From: Klebsormidium nitens
Taxonomy: Eukaryota > Plantae > Klebsormidiophyceae
Assembly: GCA_000708835.1 (NCBI GenBank)
Contig: DF236958.1
Span: 314,692 to 378,691, forward strand
Length of the DNA stretch: 64,000 nucleotides
Direction: 5' to 3'
The position numbers and the translations under genes are program-made. Below, one piece after another: positions 25,885 to 38,600 of the stretch (positions are counted from its first letter, which is position 1; each line of letters begins with the position of its first letter). Under the pieces are notes generated by a model. The model did no database searches and was not told the origin of the DNA. It saw nothing but the letters and a program-made list of their open reading frames with translations.

Positions 25885-28800
25885 CTACTCAGCAACGACA
25901 ACAACCTTCCCCACCGAGTGCCCGTCGATGCTCCGCTCCCAGGCCTTCTTCGCCTCACTCAGCGGATACTTACTATCGATCACCGTTTTCAACTTCTTAT
26001 CGCCCACGAGATCCACCAGCGTTTGCAGATCCTTTGAGTTCGCCGACAGGATCAGGGGGATCAACCTCTGCTTCGAGAAGGTCGCCGCCTGCAGCGCGGA
26101 CCTCGCAATGTAACTAGCCCCGGGGGTAAAGCTGACCACCTTCCCATGCTTGGCGAGCACCTTCTGCCAGTGATCCCACGGCTCCTCCTTGGACGTGCAG
26201 TGCAGGATGACGTCATACGGCTGCTTAGACGCGCTCTGGAAGGGGTTGGCGGGGTCGGCCAGCTTCTTGTAGTCGAGGACCTCGTCGGCGCCCAGGCTCT
26301 TGACGAGGTCGATGTTGCCCGTGCTGGCGGTGGCGGTGACGTGGGCGCCCGCGTACTTGGCAAGCTGACGCAAAGAAAACGCAAGTGTGAATAAGCCCTA
26401 AAAGTACTTTACCTTGTCAATGATTACATGGTTGAAAGATTGTCCTGCTTTTGTGCATCTTCCGATATGTCCGCGCAAGGTGACGAACGAAGTGCCTAGC
26501 TAAGAAAGCCGACGTCAGCGCAGTCAACTGGTTCCGTGTCGTTGTTAGAAGGGTCTGCAGGTGACCATCTCAAAACGACGACTCTCTTTTTGCACTACAT
26601 ATGAAACGCTAAGAACCTGACAATTATTTATAAATACAGTGCTTTTGTTGTCCGTGCCAAGTAACAAACCCAACTTCAACAAGAGATTCAGGTGCTTGCA
26701 GCCTTCACAACAATCTTGTCGAAAAAAACTTTCGCCTTCGAACGATCGAGATGATACTTGGATGCGCCTTGTCGACATAGACCGCCTGCAGTCAACAATG
26801 AAGGGAAGCAAGCGCACATGATAGCTTCGATATCAGGAACGGCCAACGTACCTTTCACAGGACGCACAGGTGAAGAAACCACCAACATACGAATCTCATG
26901 AGAAACTTCCTGTAATAGTTCGAGATCGTGGTGGCATCTCCACGATGCTCGACTGAAGACGTGGGCGATTAGAAAGGAACCGTTTGGGTCCATGCGAAGG
27001 CAAAGATGTCCTGACCTTTTGACGTTGGTTCAATAAACTCTGACGTAGATTTGATCTTCATCTTGAGTGGTTGATCGCAGCCATATGTTCGGCAGGCAGC
27101 CTGTCTACGGTTCCCTAATCGTAATAGAAATACTCAAAATGCTACTTCGATCACGCTCGACTCGACATCCCAAGAGAGCCGCTTCCCTGAACGCTTTCGG
27201 GTCTGTTAGAAGCTCATTCAAATAATTGCACTCTTGATCACCGTTCAATGACTGTCCTGAAAATGGCCGGCCGTTCCTCAACAAGCCTTCGGAGCCGTTC
27301 GAAGCGGTTCCCTTCGAATTGGCCCTTAAACGGGAATTCTTCATACGAGCTTCACCTTGCCCTTCGACTCGTTTGCTGGCCTGGAAAAAGGGCTCGCTAA
27401 AATGAACACCGAATCGTCCCCGTTGTCTCACCTGCACGGCATAGTGTCCCACTCCTCCCGACGCTGCTTGGACCAGTACGCGCCCGGTGCCCTTGGGGAA
27501 CGATAGGCCCCCCTTGATGAGGCCTTGGAGTGCGGTCATGGCCGCAACCGGCAGGCCTGCCGCGTCTTCAAAGGAGACGCCTGGTGGCAGTCTGGCGATT
27601 GTCTTGGTGTCAATGACTCCGTACTCAGCGAAAGCGCCTTGATGCTGTTGGGGGAGAAAACAATAAGTTGAGCACGATCAGGAAACATTATTGTTGAAAC
27701 GACCGACTATTTAGGCTGGGTCTCTCTGCTCAGAACGGCTGGACTTTAGAAATGAACTCTCGAGCTGCAAATGTTCAAGGTCGGGACGACATTGTTTGAA
27801 ACGTCTCAGTGGCTGACTCCGAAGTTCAAGGCGCCACAAATTGGTAAGGAGGTGACCACGCTACTTCAACAATGGGCTTTCACACACAGAGTCACACAAC
27901 CACAGAGAACTTGATTTGTTGCACACTGGCCACCCTGAAACAACCACCAGCAGAAATTCAAGACTGAAGTCCCGGTACACAGTGCAGACAACATCCAGAT
28001 GGAGAAGACTTTTCTGTGACTCACATATACGTCGACCTTGGCCAAGATCCTGTCACCAACTGAAAAGCCAGCTATATTGGAGCCAACAGCAGCGACTGTT
28101 CCAGCAAAGTCGGTGCCTGCACAATAAATAGTCAAGCTATTGATCATTAAAATCAGCCAGCAACTCCCTCCTAAAAAGGCCCTTCTATGAACGCTCAGAC
28201 TCTGGTAACTTTCGCAATCTGTGGCCAGACTTACGAAACAAAATGCTCTACTTTGCAGGTCAGTCTGTAGTGACCTGGGACAAAGTTTCTAGCATTGCTA
28301 GATGTCGGTTTGGGATGCAGCCCCGCTTGTTTCAAGCCCCCTAAGTTGGATTATGCCGTCATCTCTTGAGTACTAACTACCTGACTTTTCCCAAATAGGA
28401 GCATAGGAAGGAACCTACCTGGAACCATAGGCAACTTGATCCATATGACTGCTTTCAAAGCGCCAGACTGGATCTTCCAGTCTACGGGGTTCACGGAAGA
28501 TGCGTGTATCTGCAAGAAAGGCAGTACTTCTTGTTAGCAGTCAAGCTGCCATTCTGATGGTCGCAGACCCTCTGTCTTTGCATCATGCTGGCATCTGGTC
28601 CAGGATTCATGCGTGACTAGCTTGCTCATATAGGAACAGTTAACAAACCATAAAAGCACACGCGACGGAGGTAGTTATGACTTGTGATGGACCACTTTTG
28701 TGAAGGCGTGCAGGCAGTCCCCAGCCTGCCGTCACGAAGGCTGTGACCAAAGCACCTTAAGTGCATGCATTGGCTCATAAGCTGGACAGTGAACATGCAT

Positions 28801-29244
28801 GCATTCCAGGGCAATTGAGCTTTTAAGAGCGCTCACCTTCAGAAGAATCTCATCTGGCCCAGGCCTTGGCACTGGCTTGTCCACTAGCTCCAAGCTACCA
28901 GCCCCACCACCATATTGCACGTACTGCCATGCTTTCATCTTTTCTGGAACTGCGGCCATGCTGATCGTTCCTCTGCTTCGAGCAGTGAATGGCTGCAATG
29001 GTGATGCCGAAGATCCTTGTAATACACGCAGTGGTGCAATTCGTGCCAAAAACTTACTGCCACCCAGAAGAGCTGGAACGGGTGCGGACTTCACAGATCT
29101 TCCAATGCTGGGGGAGTGCGTAGGTGATCTGAAGAAAGCCTTGGCAGGGCAAGCAGGATGCGCTATGTGGCTTTTCAAGAGAAACGTGCCGTGGGGGCGG
29201 AATAGCAGAGTAGCTGGCGAGCTCGACAGAACCAGCTGCGGCAT
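25885..29244 (-). CDS. ceQORH: Chloroplast envelope quinone oxidoreductase homolog (MDR-family NADPH oxoene reductase)
   Basis: Exons 29244-28837, 28509-28419, 28116-28025, 27644-27432, 26364-25885. QYGGGAGSL, VNPVDWKIQ, AAGLPVAAMTALQ, AASGGVGHYAVQLAK, VKSLGADEVLDY, VIDSKYPLS..AWERSIDGH closely follow Arabidopsis At4g13010 as I recall it. Confidence 0.93.
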
Positions 29245-29420
29245 GTTGACCACCTGGGTTTTTGTGTGTGCAACACAAAGAGGAGCTGCTGCAGCTCAGG
29301 TCAGAGCTCTGCATTTGACGAGAAGAAGGAACCCGAGCTGAAAACCCTATTTCAGTGAAACCTGGTGAAACCCCACAAATGTAAAACCCTGATGTGTTCA
29401 TGTATTCTGAAAGCAACTTT

Positions 29421-29435
29421 CTTCTAGAAGCTTCC
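29421..29435. promoter_or_regulatory. Perfect three-unit heat-shock element between ceQORH and DJ-1D
   Basis: cTTCt-aGAAg-cTTCc, alternating inverted nGAAn pentamers. A telo-box-like AAACCCTA lies nearby (~29342). Confidence 0.6.
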
Positions 29436-29621
29436 AAGTTCGCCAGATTGCCCATGCATTCCAAGTTTTGTTCGAAGGCAATGGAACGGCTGTGGGCAAT
29501 CCAACGAACATAACGACCTCTCAGCTGAAAAATTTAGGATTGGTTGCATTGCAATCAGCTGCTGCGCGCATTGTCCTCCATTTTCTTCAATAGGTTAAGC
29601 GGGATTTGAGAAAGCGCAACC

Positions 29622-32600
29622 ATGAGGAAGGTTCTATTCATCGTGGGGGACTACTGCGAGGACTATGGTAAGTTTTCCTACTTGACAAGCTCATCACCAT
29701 GTGCACGTACTGATGCAATCCTTCTACAATTCTTCTACATCTGTTGAGTGCCTTAGTTGATTGTATGAAGGGCACCTTGTTGTTTTGCCCCTTACGGTGT
29801 TCTCCTTGCATCCATTCCACGCTTTCACCATGAAACCAACCGGTCTGACAATGCGGGGCTAACACTGCTTTTCCGTGCAGAGGTGATGGTTCCTTTCCAG
29901 AGCCTTCTTGGTTACGGCTTTCAGGTACGTGTTTGCAGGTGTAGGCAATCAAACAATCCTCCAAATGATCGATTGGGGCATGTTTGTTGGAACTGCGTAT
30001 CTCCTAGGGCGTTGATTCAAGCAATGCAAATGTTGCAGAAACATGTTTGTGAAGAAATTGTCATGATTGGTACATCTTAGGGGCTTAGCCATACTGGGCC
30101 AAGTGGTTGGTTGATTATTCAAGTGCCACCACCAGGTGTACATTCCCAGCTAATTGTTCCTGCTCTGAACTTGACATTGACATCTGCATCCCTTTCTGTT
30201 TTCAGTCCGCATTTGATGCCCACTGCATACGGTATGTAGTCTTTTGACCTATCCAACTGCCTGACAAGGAAAAGTGGGAAGTCATGACAAAGCTCGGTAG
30301 TTGGCTGATGCGATGAAGTTGAAGTTGACAAAGATTGGCAGCATCTCTTTCTTGGTTTATCACAGGCGGATGCGGTCTGCCCCAACAAGAAAGCCGGTGA
30401 CGTAGTCAGGACCGCCATACACGATTTCGAGGGGTAAGGTTAAGCCTAAGTCACTGAAATCCTCAAGAAATTTGGATTACTAGGATCTCAACATCGATGC
30501 TCAAAGTTCTATCACTTGCGCATCTGGTCAATTTGAGGGATAACCATACAGCCAAATCCAGTCCGCATCTTGTCAGTTTTCTGGAAAAGATTCTAATGAC
30601 ACCTTTGGACAGTGTGCTCACCTCAAGCCTTTGCTGAGTATCTCAAGTTTCAATTGTGCCCTCATCTCTGCGAAGCTGAGATGTGCAGTGCCTCTAGGTC
30701 GTTCATAAAGCAATGCATCGGGTCACCTGTCTGCAATCTGTACCTGGGGCGCTTGGTTGAGTTCACTTACGCTGCTCCATCGGGGGGGGTCCCAATCAGG
30801 AAGCTTGACTCCTCTTTCTTTGTCCGTCCAGGGACCAGACCTACTCTGAGAAGCGTGGCCACAACTTTGTCCTCACTGCCACGTTCGCCGAGGTGCACGC
30901 TGATGATTATGACGCGTTGGTAATTCCAGGTAGGTGACAGGTGTCCAAAAAAAGATTCCATGAATCGGCAGCGGAAACGAAGAAGGCTGTTTGATACCCA
31001 ACAAGCCCGATACGCCCCTTCTATCTTTGCTTGTGTTTGCCCCAGCCTCTGACACTGTGTTCGGCCTTGGCCGAGCGTCAAACGTGAGTGGTCCTGGTGG
31101 CTCTCGAGTCCAACTTCGACTTGCATATTCTGACCCAATGGGCAGGTTTGCAGCACTGACAAAACGGGTGTCCTGTCAGATTTCGACCGTCATCCGATTG
31201 GCGGACTGGTTGATCACGAAATTGGGATTCGAGGTCGTTTTCAAATGCTGGGACCACCCTCATGCGTTAGTATTTGAGATTATGAATGGGTTCAGTTTCA
31301 GTTCAAAGGAGTCACAAACAGCCACCAACGACAGTAATAGGGGTACGGCAGGACAGAACGCCAGAGTTCAAACTCGCTCAAGCATTCCCATGCATGACTT
31401 CAGTGCGTGGTGAACATCCCTCCACGGCCGTCGGAATCATCACTGGAATCTTTTCCAGATTTGTAGTCTCCTCCTTGTACCACTAAAAATCAAGATTTCG
31501 AGAAACGCAACCAGAAACGATTTATTTCCGCTCTCTTTCCAGGCGGCCGCGCCCCCGAGTACCTCAGCACCGACGACTCGGTCCTCTCGCTCGTCCGCCA
31601 CTTCTTCTCCAAGAAGAAGCCCGTCGCCTCCATCTGCCACGGCCAGCTCATCCTCGCCGCCGCTGACGTCATCAAGGGCCGCAAGGTGACGGCGTACCCC
31701 GCCTGCCGCCCCGTGATCCAAGCTGCGGGTGCCACGTGGCAGGCTCCCGAGCCCATCACGTCGTGCTTTATTGATGAGAATCTGGTGACGGGCGCAGCAT
31801 GGCCGGCGCACCCCGAGTTTCTGGGGCTGTTTTTGCTGGCCATGGGGGCCAACGTGAGCAACACCGAGAAGAAGGTGCTGGTGCTAGCGGGCGACTTTGT
31901 GGAAGGTGAGCTGCGGCTTTTGTCCGGATGACGGGTGTTTTTGTGAGGTTCTCGAAGTTCAAGCCGTCGAATGATTAGAGGAACCCGGAGTCGAGGTGGC
32001 AGAGCAGGTGATACTCGCTAGGGATTCGAGGTGGAGAAAGGGAGAAAGGGATCCTGGGGCTCAAAGAGTTTGAGGGTTCAGGTTTAGTTGAGGTTGTTAA
32101 AGTGTTGGTTAGGAACGGCCGACTTGTAGCCTCCTCGAAGATGCGGGGACGTGTTCAGGAGACGTCCGACATGCTGTTAACCAAGCTTTTGAGTGCTTGA
32201 ACGGTCAGCTTTTGAAAGATGCCTCTCACAGTTTATTGCCTCTGAGTGAAATAGCTTCTTTCACGAACTTTTCCTTTCCACATATTGAAAGCACGGTTTT
32301 CAGACACAACAATAGCAGCTGGCTTTCACATTAGGGACGGGAAAGTTGGGTAACCGATCAAGTAACAAAGAACCGCAGTCCAAGTAGACAATGGCCAACA
32401 CCTATACTCAGGGGGCATGCCTGCTTGTCATTGTCGAAAGCGATTGCAAGTGGGACTGTTTTGAGGTTCGAGCGTTGTGTACGTCGGATGTTCTGACACT
32501 GAAGCTGTTGAGAGGGCCAACGGCATCAGCTCACCCCCTTGAGTACCCTCGCAACGTCTTTTCAACCTATGTCCCGTACGAAAACGACGTACTATCTCGC

Positions 32601-35600
32601 TCCCGAGGAGCGCCTCGTACGAAAGCGAGAAATTCCGAGCCACTTCCGCTGATTGTGCGAGAGTGAACACGAGCTCTTTTGGATGTCGCAGATTACGAGG
32701 TGATGGTTCCGGTCCAGGCGCTTCAGGGGCTGGGCTACAAGGTGGATGTTGTGTGCCCAAACAAGAAGGCTGGAGACACCATCCGAACAGCGGTCCACGA
32801 TTTTGAGGTACACTCGCCACCTTTCCGTTTCCGTTCCGGTCTCCTCTCAGGAGTGGCCGAGTCGCAGAGTGCTGGTCTGTGGCGAGGATGATTGACGTCT
32901 GGGCGCATGGATGCGTCCAAAGGCTTTCTAATATTCTGAGGCCATTTCAAGCGGTCAAGTGCAGAGATGTCGCTTCGCCATCCTTGCTTTTCAAGCTGTG
33001 CTTCGTAAGTCAGCCCCGTAAGTTGTGATCGATCAAATTGAATCATCGTTTCAATTTGTTGAGAGTTTGTTCTTAAAAGCAGTGCTGTCCTAGCCCTGTA
33101 GATTTCATGAGTAAGTGGTTCGCACTTTGGATTTACCGAGTCCACCACCCGCTTGTCGTTATGCTTGAACAGTACTGTGCTTTTGGAGGTGTTTGCTACT
33201 TAGAAAGTCCTATATATCTTCCACAGGTTGCTTTCTTCTTCTTCTCCGATGCAGCAAGGAAAATGAAGTGTTGCTTGCTGATGTATGCCCAACTAGTAAC
33301 GTACAACGATTTTCAAAGGTTTTCGAGTCCAGTGATGTACTCGGCACTGAAGTTTCCGATCTGAGTCTCAGTACTCACGGCAAGGAAGATATCTGCCTGG
33401 GCGCCTCGTGTGGCCAGTTCTGTAACAAGAATTCCTCCGATGCCCTCACAAGAACAGGTCCTCCTCCTGTCGCCTTCTTCCAGCTTTTCTCTCCTCTGCT
33501 ATACACTTAGTTTCTTGTGGCGGCCCAACAGGGGGCATGCGAATCGCGACCAGACTTGAAGGATGCTGACGGTTCGCTCGTGCGTTGTTGCCTGGAAGCG
33601 TCTTGGAGCTCTCTGATTCCTGCTTCGGATTGATCTTAAGAAGCTCTGAGTCACCGAATTCTTCAGCGTCTTTTGATAGCGTGAGTTTGAGTAGGACAAA
33701 AAAGAACTTCTGCCCACTATCGCTCGCACTTCCTGGTCTTTGTTGACATCCGTGACGATCTCAAGGCATGGGCCCGAAAGTGAGCTCGTTCGACGAGCTC
33801 ACTGAGGCCACTTCACGTTCTCTTTGCCCCCTTTTCTCCGCATGTTGCGTCTTTTGATCCTCTAACCCTGTCTAGATCAGGATTTGCAGTAAGGATTTGG
33901 TGCGGCCCAGAGTCTAGCCAAAGCTTTTAAATCGAACACGAGGCTCCCACTCTACTCACCGCAGCTTCACCATCCTAAGTGCTTTACACAAGTAAATCGA
34001 CAAGAATGTGGCACCCCGCATTCAAGAACTCTCGTCCTGACAGGTTCAGCCTTTGTTCTCTGAGTGCTATTCTTCTGATTGTGATTCTGGCCGTCTGTCG
34101 AGCATACGTTTTCCGGAATGTCCAGGACGCAATTATGGTTTTGCAAGTCTAAGTATAGCCCAAGATGAAGTTCCTGTTCAGTCTGTTCAGGGCTGGTGTG
34201 AGATTTACGCAGCTCTTTGTCTGCGGCCTGCCCTTTTATGTCCCTCTCAAACCCTTTCGCGTGCAGTGTCCGGAGATTGGTCAGAGCTTGGTTTGAAGTC
34301 CATCGATGTCCGCGGGCTGCTACGAAAGAGCAGTAGCGGCAAATCCTATGTTGGGGCAGCTGTTGTGCCGGGACCCTTCCCGGCAAGGATAGTTTTGGTG
34401 GGGGTGAGCTGTCAGCTCATTCGCCCTTGCGTTCTCTGATGCCGGCCATCGAGTTTCAAGGCTTCTTGCATGCTTGCGACGAAGCTTGTGAGCAGCTTGG
34501 CAGCTGGTCTTCATTTCGATCTGTTATGAGGCTGCTTGGACCAGTCCTCAGACGAATTAGTGTGGTTGCGTCTGATGGAAATCCGTCCTGCACAGTCTGT
34601 GATTGTTGTGATTGCCAGCTAGGGTGTCTTTATGAGCGATGTTTCTCTGAGAGCAAGGTGCTTGGATTCGACTCCCTTGCACTCGAAGTCTAGTCTAAAC
34701 CAGTCCTCAAGTCTGCCATCAATGCGAGTCACGACTTTTCCTCGTCGTCAACGCCACTCCAAGTCCACCTTGTACCAACCTGAGCCTTTCTAAAAGTACG
34801 AATTTCCTCCCAAGACCTCTGTGTCGAAGTGAGGCGGTGTTAAAGAAGTCACAGGCCGGAAACCAACCGCTTCGTGCTGATTTCTGGGGATCGTCCCAAG
34901 CCGGCAACGTGAGTAGACTGAGTGCTTGTGGCAATTCGATTGCTTGGTGCTGGCGGTCCATTTCCAATCCTTCAGGAAAGGTTGCTATTGGAGCTTCGCA
35001 AACTGGCGCATATGTAATCCGTGTTGTGTCTCTTCCTGACTGTCACTGGGCGCTCACCCAGGAAAGACTCCTCCAGCCTAAAGCAGCGCCAGTACTTGAT
35101 CGTTGAAAGCTCAACAAACCGGGTTTAACGACATTACAAATTGTTTTCAAATCGGCACACACCTTCGGTACCTTTCTTTGATTTTTTCACGCCATCCGAA
35201 AGGGTTGCAAATATCGATTTTTAGGCTGGTCCGTGATGGTTAAAAGGCCCTGGGCTCTAAACAAAGTCCAGTCATTGCCGCTGTTGAGGCCCAAAAGAGT
35301 GCCCCTTTGTTGTTCGCTCTTTGGTTCCTCCAGAGCTTGCAGTATTGCAGCCCTTTTCGCAGCAGATGGCGGGTGCTTATGACGCAAAGTTGAACCGTTC
35401 TCGTCATGAAATTGGGTATTGATGTTCGATCCCCTTGTACGTTTACAACTTTGCCCGCCTGGCCTGGACTCTGCTTCTCCCCGGCAAGGATAGCAGACGC
35501 CTAGGCACCAGAGAGTGTCACAAGATTCACGGCCTGTCTGATGCCATGGGACGAGGGTCCTCAACCAGAGTGGCAAAACAAGTGTGGCAAAACCAGTGGC

Positions 35601-38600
35601 AGGAGTCCGCAGCTTCACGCCACTTTGCTGTGTCCCGCGATTGAGGTTTGGCGCGGTAACTCAAATCTTCAGGGCCTGTAATAAAACTCAACTGATGGCT
35701 TGCGACTGGCCCTTGTGACGTCGGATGTGTGATCCGCTCGGGAGCTATTGTTGGTTCAGATCTTTCTCAGCAAAGCAGCACTCGTTGCTGAAGGCAGATT
35801 CTCCCTCTTTCCCCCTGAAAAAGTTTCCTTTGAAGTCGAAACAAGCAAGGCGAATACCTGGTCCGTTTCTGCCATGAGAAGACTCGAACGAGCTTTTTAA
35901 ATGATCTGGGACCGTGTCTGACTCCATTGACCGGCTTTCGGAACATCCATGGTATTACAAGTCCGGTATGCTCAACTTGTCATTGCGAGATTTACTATAA
36001 CCCTCCTTAAGGTCTACAAATTTTCTCCAAGTCTATTGAAATGCTGGGATCCGAAGTTTGATTTCGATTTTCTCGGCATCCTGAGCCTTCTTGGATACAC
36101 CCTGTTCTATGGCAAGGAACGCTTGTTCGGATTGAGCTCATGCCAAGAAGGGTTTGAGAACTGGATTCATCTTCACGTTTTTCTGCTGCTCTACGAGAGT
36201 ATAAGGGAGTCTCTCACACAAAGGTCGTTCAAACAACAGTTGTTGCACTTTTGGTTTTATGCTTCTGAGCGGCTATGAAGAGCTTCGTAAAACCTGCAGA
36301 GGCGTAAACAGAACTTGTCGGCCACTGACGCTGCCAGGCAAAGTCGTCATTGTCCTTTTATTTCTTGTTTTCTTGGCTCGTGTCAAGCGCTACCTTCCTT
36401 CGGCTCTGGCTCTGCAGCCCGCGGTCTGGTTATCGGGACCCGTCATTCTGAATAGGGCACATGGAACAAAGAGTACGTGCGTTTGTCGAGACGGCAGGTT
36501 AGCTTTAGCCAACTGATAAACAATTTTCACTTGTTGATCTTGCAAACCTCCAAGGTACGAATCTCTCTCAACCAGATTTGTGGTTGCCAAAGTAAGAGTG
36601 GTATTTTGTGTGTGTCGTTGAGATACACCCGTAAATGAACGTCGCAAATGAAGATTCCTTGCCGCGGAAACATTCCGCAAAACCGTGCAACAATGCCTCC
36701 GACGAAACTTTTCGCGTCAACACCGTTCAATTTTCAACTGCAAGTTCGACAGACTTCGGAACCGTAAATGGGGTCTTCCTCTGCTAATGCGTCATTTGAC
36801 TCCACAAGGGCTGGTAGCCCTACTGCTCTTGACAATCTGTGCCGAGGTGCCCTGTTTTTAGGGTGGCCGTAAAGGTTGCGGGCCCTGTGCTTCAGAATCC
36901 ACTGACCGAGAATCCATGTCAGTTTTCTTTTTGAGGCACCTCGTCCCGAAAATTCGTACATTATGCGCCTCTTCATAGCGGAACAACTCAGATTATAAGC
37001 ATGCCTAGCGGCAACCAGAGACAAGCACTCCGGATCGGAGTAAAGCTCAACTTCTTTCCTTTTTGTCTTTCTAGATTATTTGTTAGTATTTGCTTTGGCA
37101 GCCGTTGGACAGCACGTCGAGCCTAGGGCACTCTACCTCTGCAGAGGTGACCTTTCCGGTGTCTTTGAGGCGCTACTGTTGGTTGGACAAAGACTTTTGC
37201 CCGCTTGAAGTTGCACGCGGGTCGTCTTTATGAGCGAATGCTACGTCTTCCACCCTTGGCAACAGTTTCCAAGCTTCGCCTCGTTTCGTCCGTGCTTCGC
37301 TGGTTGACGCCGAGCACAAATCGCCTTGGGGCTGAAAATTTGGAGTTCAGTTATTTCCCCGATCCATTCGTGACGCTGTTGGCTCGTGAAGATCAGAACG
37401 TGGCAGCGCTCAAGTGTTCGCTTATGATTCTTGGAACCCTTATGTCTTAGAACAAGACGCGGCCAGAAAGAAGCTGTAGTCGCTCATCTGTCATGGGAGC
37501 AGCCGTGTTCTTAAAACTGTCCCCTCTTCCGGCAAGGATAACACCTGGGCGTTCAAAATCTGCTCAGAGGTTGCGTTCTCATGATGCCGTATAAGGGGAC
37601 GTGCCTGGGTACCGCCCTACGCAGCCTTGCTTCTTCCATCCTCTGTGGGCGTTTCGTAAAGACCCGATACTAGATGAGCGGAACATGTAATCTGGAAGCA
37701 GATCCGTGATTGATGTCTGCGTTGTTTTTGTTATGCTGCATAGTAATCTGGTTCAGGTAGGCTCTATTTGTTCTTCGGTCTCTGCTTTAAGATATCGATG
37801 AAGCAGGTTCACGAAGATTCATCCGTTGTCAGCGTTGGAAGAAATCGCAACGAAGAACTCTGACGCTGCAAAACCTCAAGTCTCGAGCCTTCGTCGTTAG
37901 TCTTTGGATGTGGATTGTATCCACACTAGATCGTTATTTCACGGACGATAAGCAAGCGGAATTGGACAGGCCACTGCCAATGGGCGTCCTTCCGGCTCTC
38001 CTGGCAGATCAACACGCGTTCCACTCAGCCGCACAGCTACAGCAACCCCTTCTTGCCCCCCGCCTGCCCTTAGCTGCAGATCGGACCAAAGTCACTTTGC
38101 TGAGCCAGCCTCGAGTGTCAACTTGGAGACAGCCCTGATTCAAAAGTCAAGACGACATCAGAAGACTTCCACATTGCAAGTCGAAATCTGAGTCCCTTTT
38201 TCCTGTATCAGAGTTGTACGTTGAACCAGCTTAGACACAGTTGGAAGGACGCGCTCCGCACCCATACCCCAAGTTAACCTTAATCATCCTCCGGGCGCTG
38301 ATTTATTTCTCCCTGGCTGCACGTCAACTGGAAATTGACACTACCCTCCTCTCGTCTCGTCCCGCAGGGCGACCAGACGTACAGCGAGAAGCCCGGCCAC
38401 AATTTCAGCCTCACCGCCGACTTCGCCTCCGTTTCCGCTGACGGCTACGACGCCCTGGTGGTGCCCGGGGGACGAGCCCCCGAGTACCTCAGCCTGGACG
38501 AACAGGTGCTGGAGTTGGTCAGAGACTTCACCCGGGCGGAGAAAGTGGTCGCATCAATTTGCCACGGGCAGCAGATCCTGGCAGCCGCCGGCGTGCTCAA

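Noticed and set aside
33190-38270. Stops in the intronic relic as evidence of C-to-T (RIP or methylation) decay
   Set aside because: Every stop codon can arise from CAA/CAG/CGA by one transition, so this does not discriminate without a homolog.
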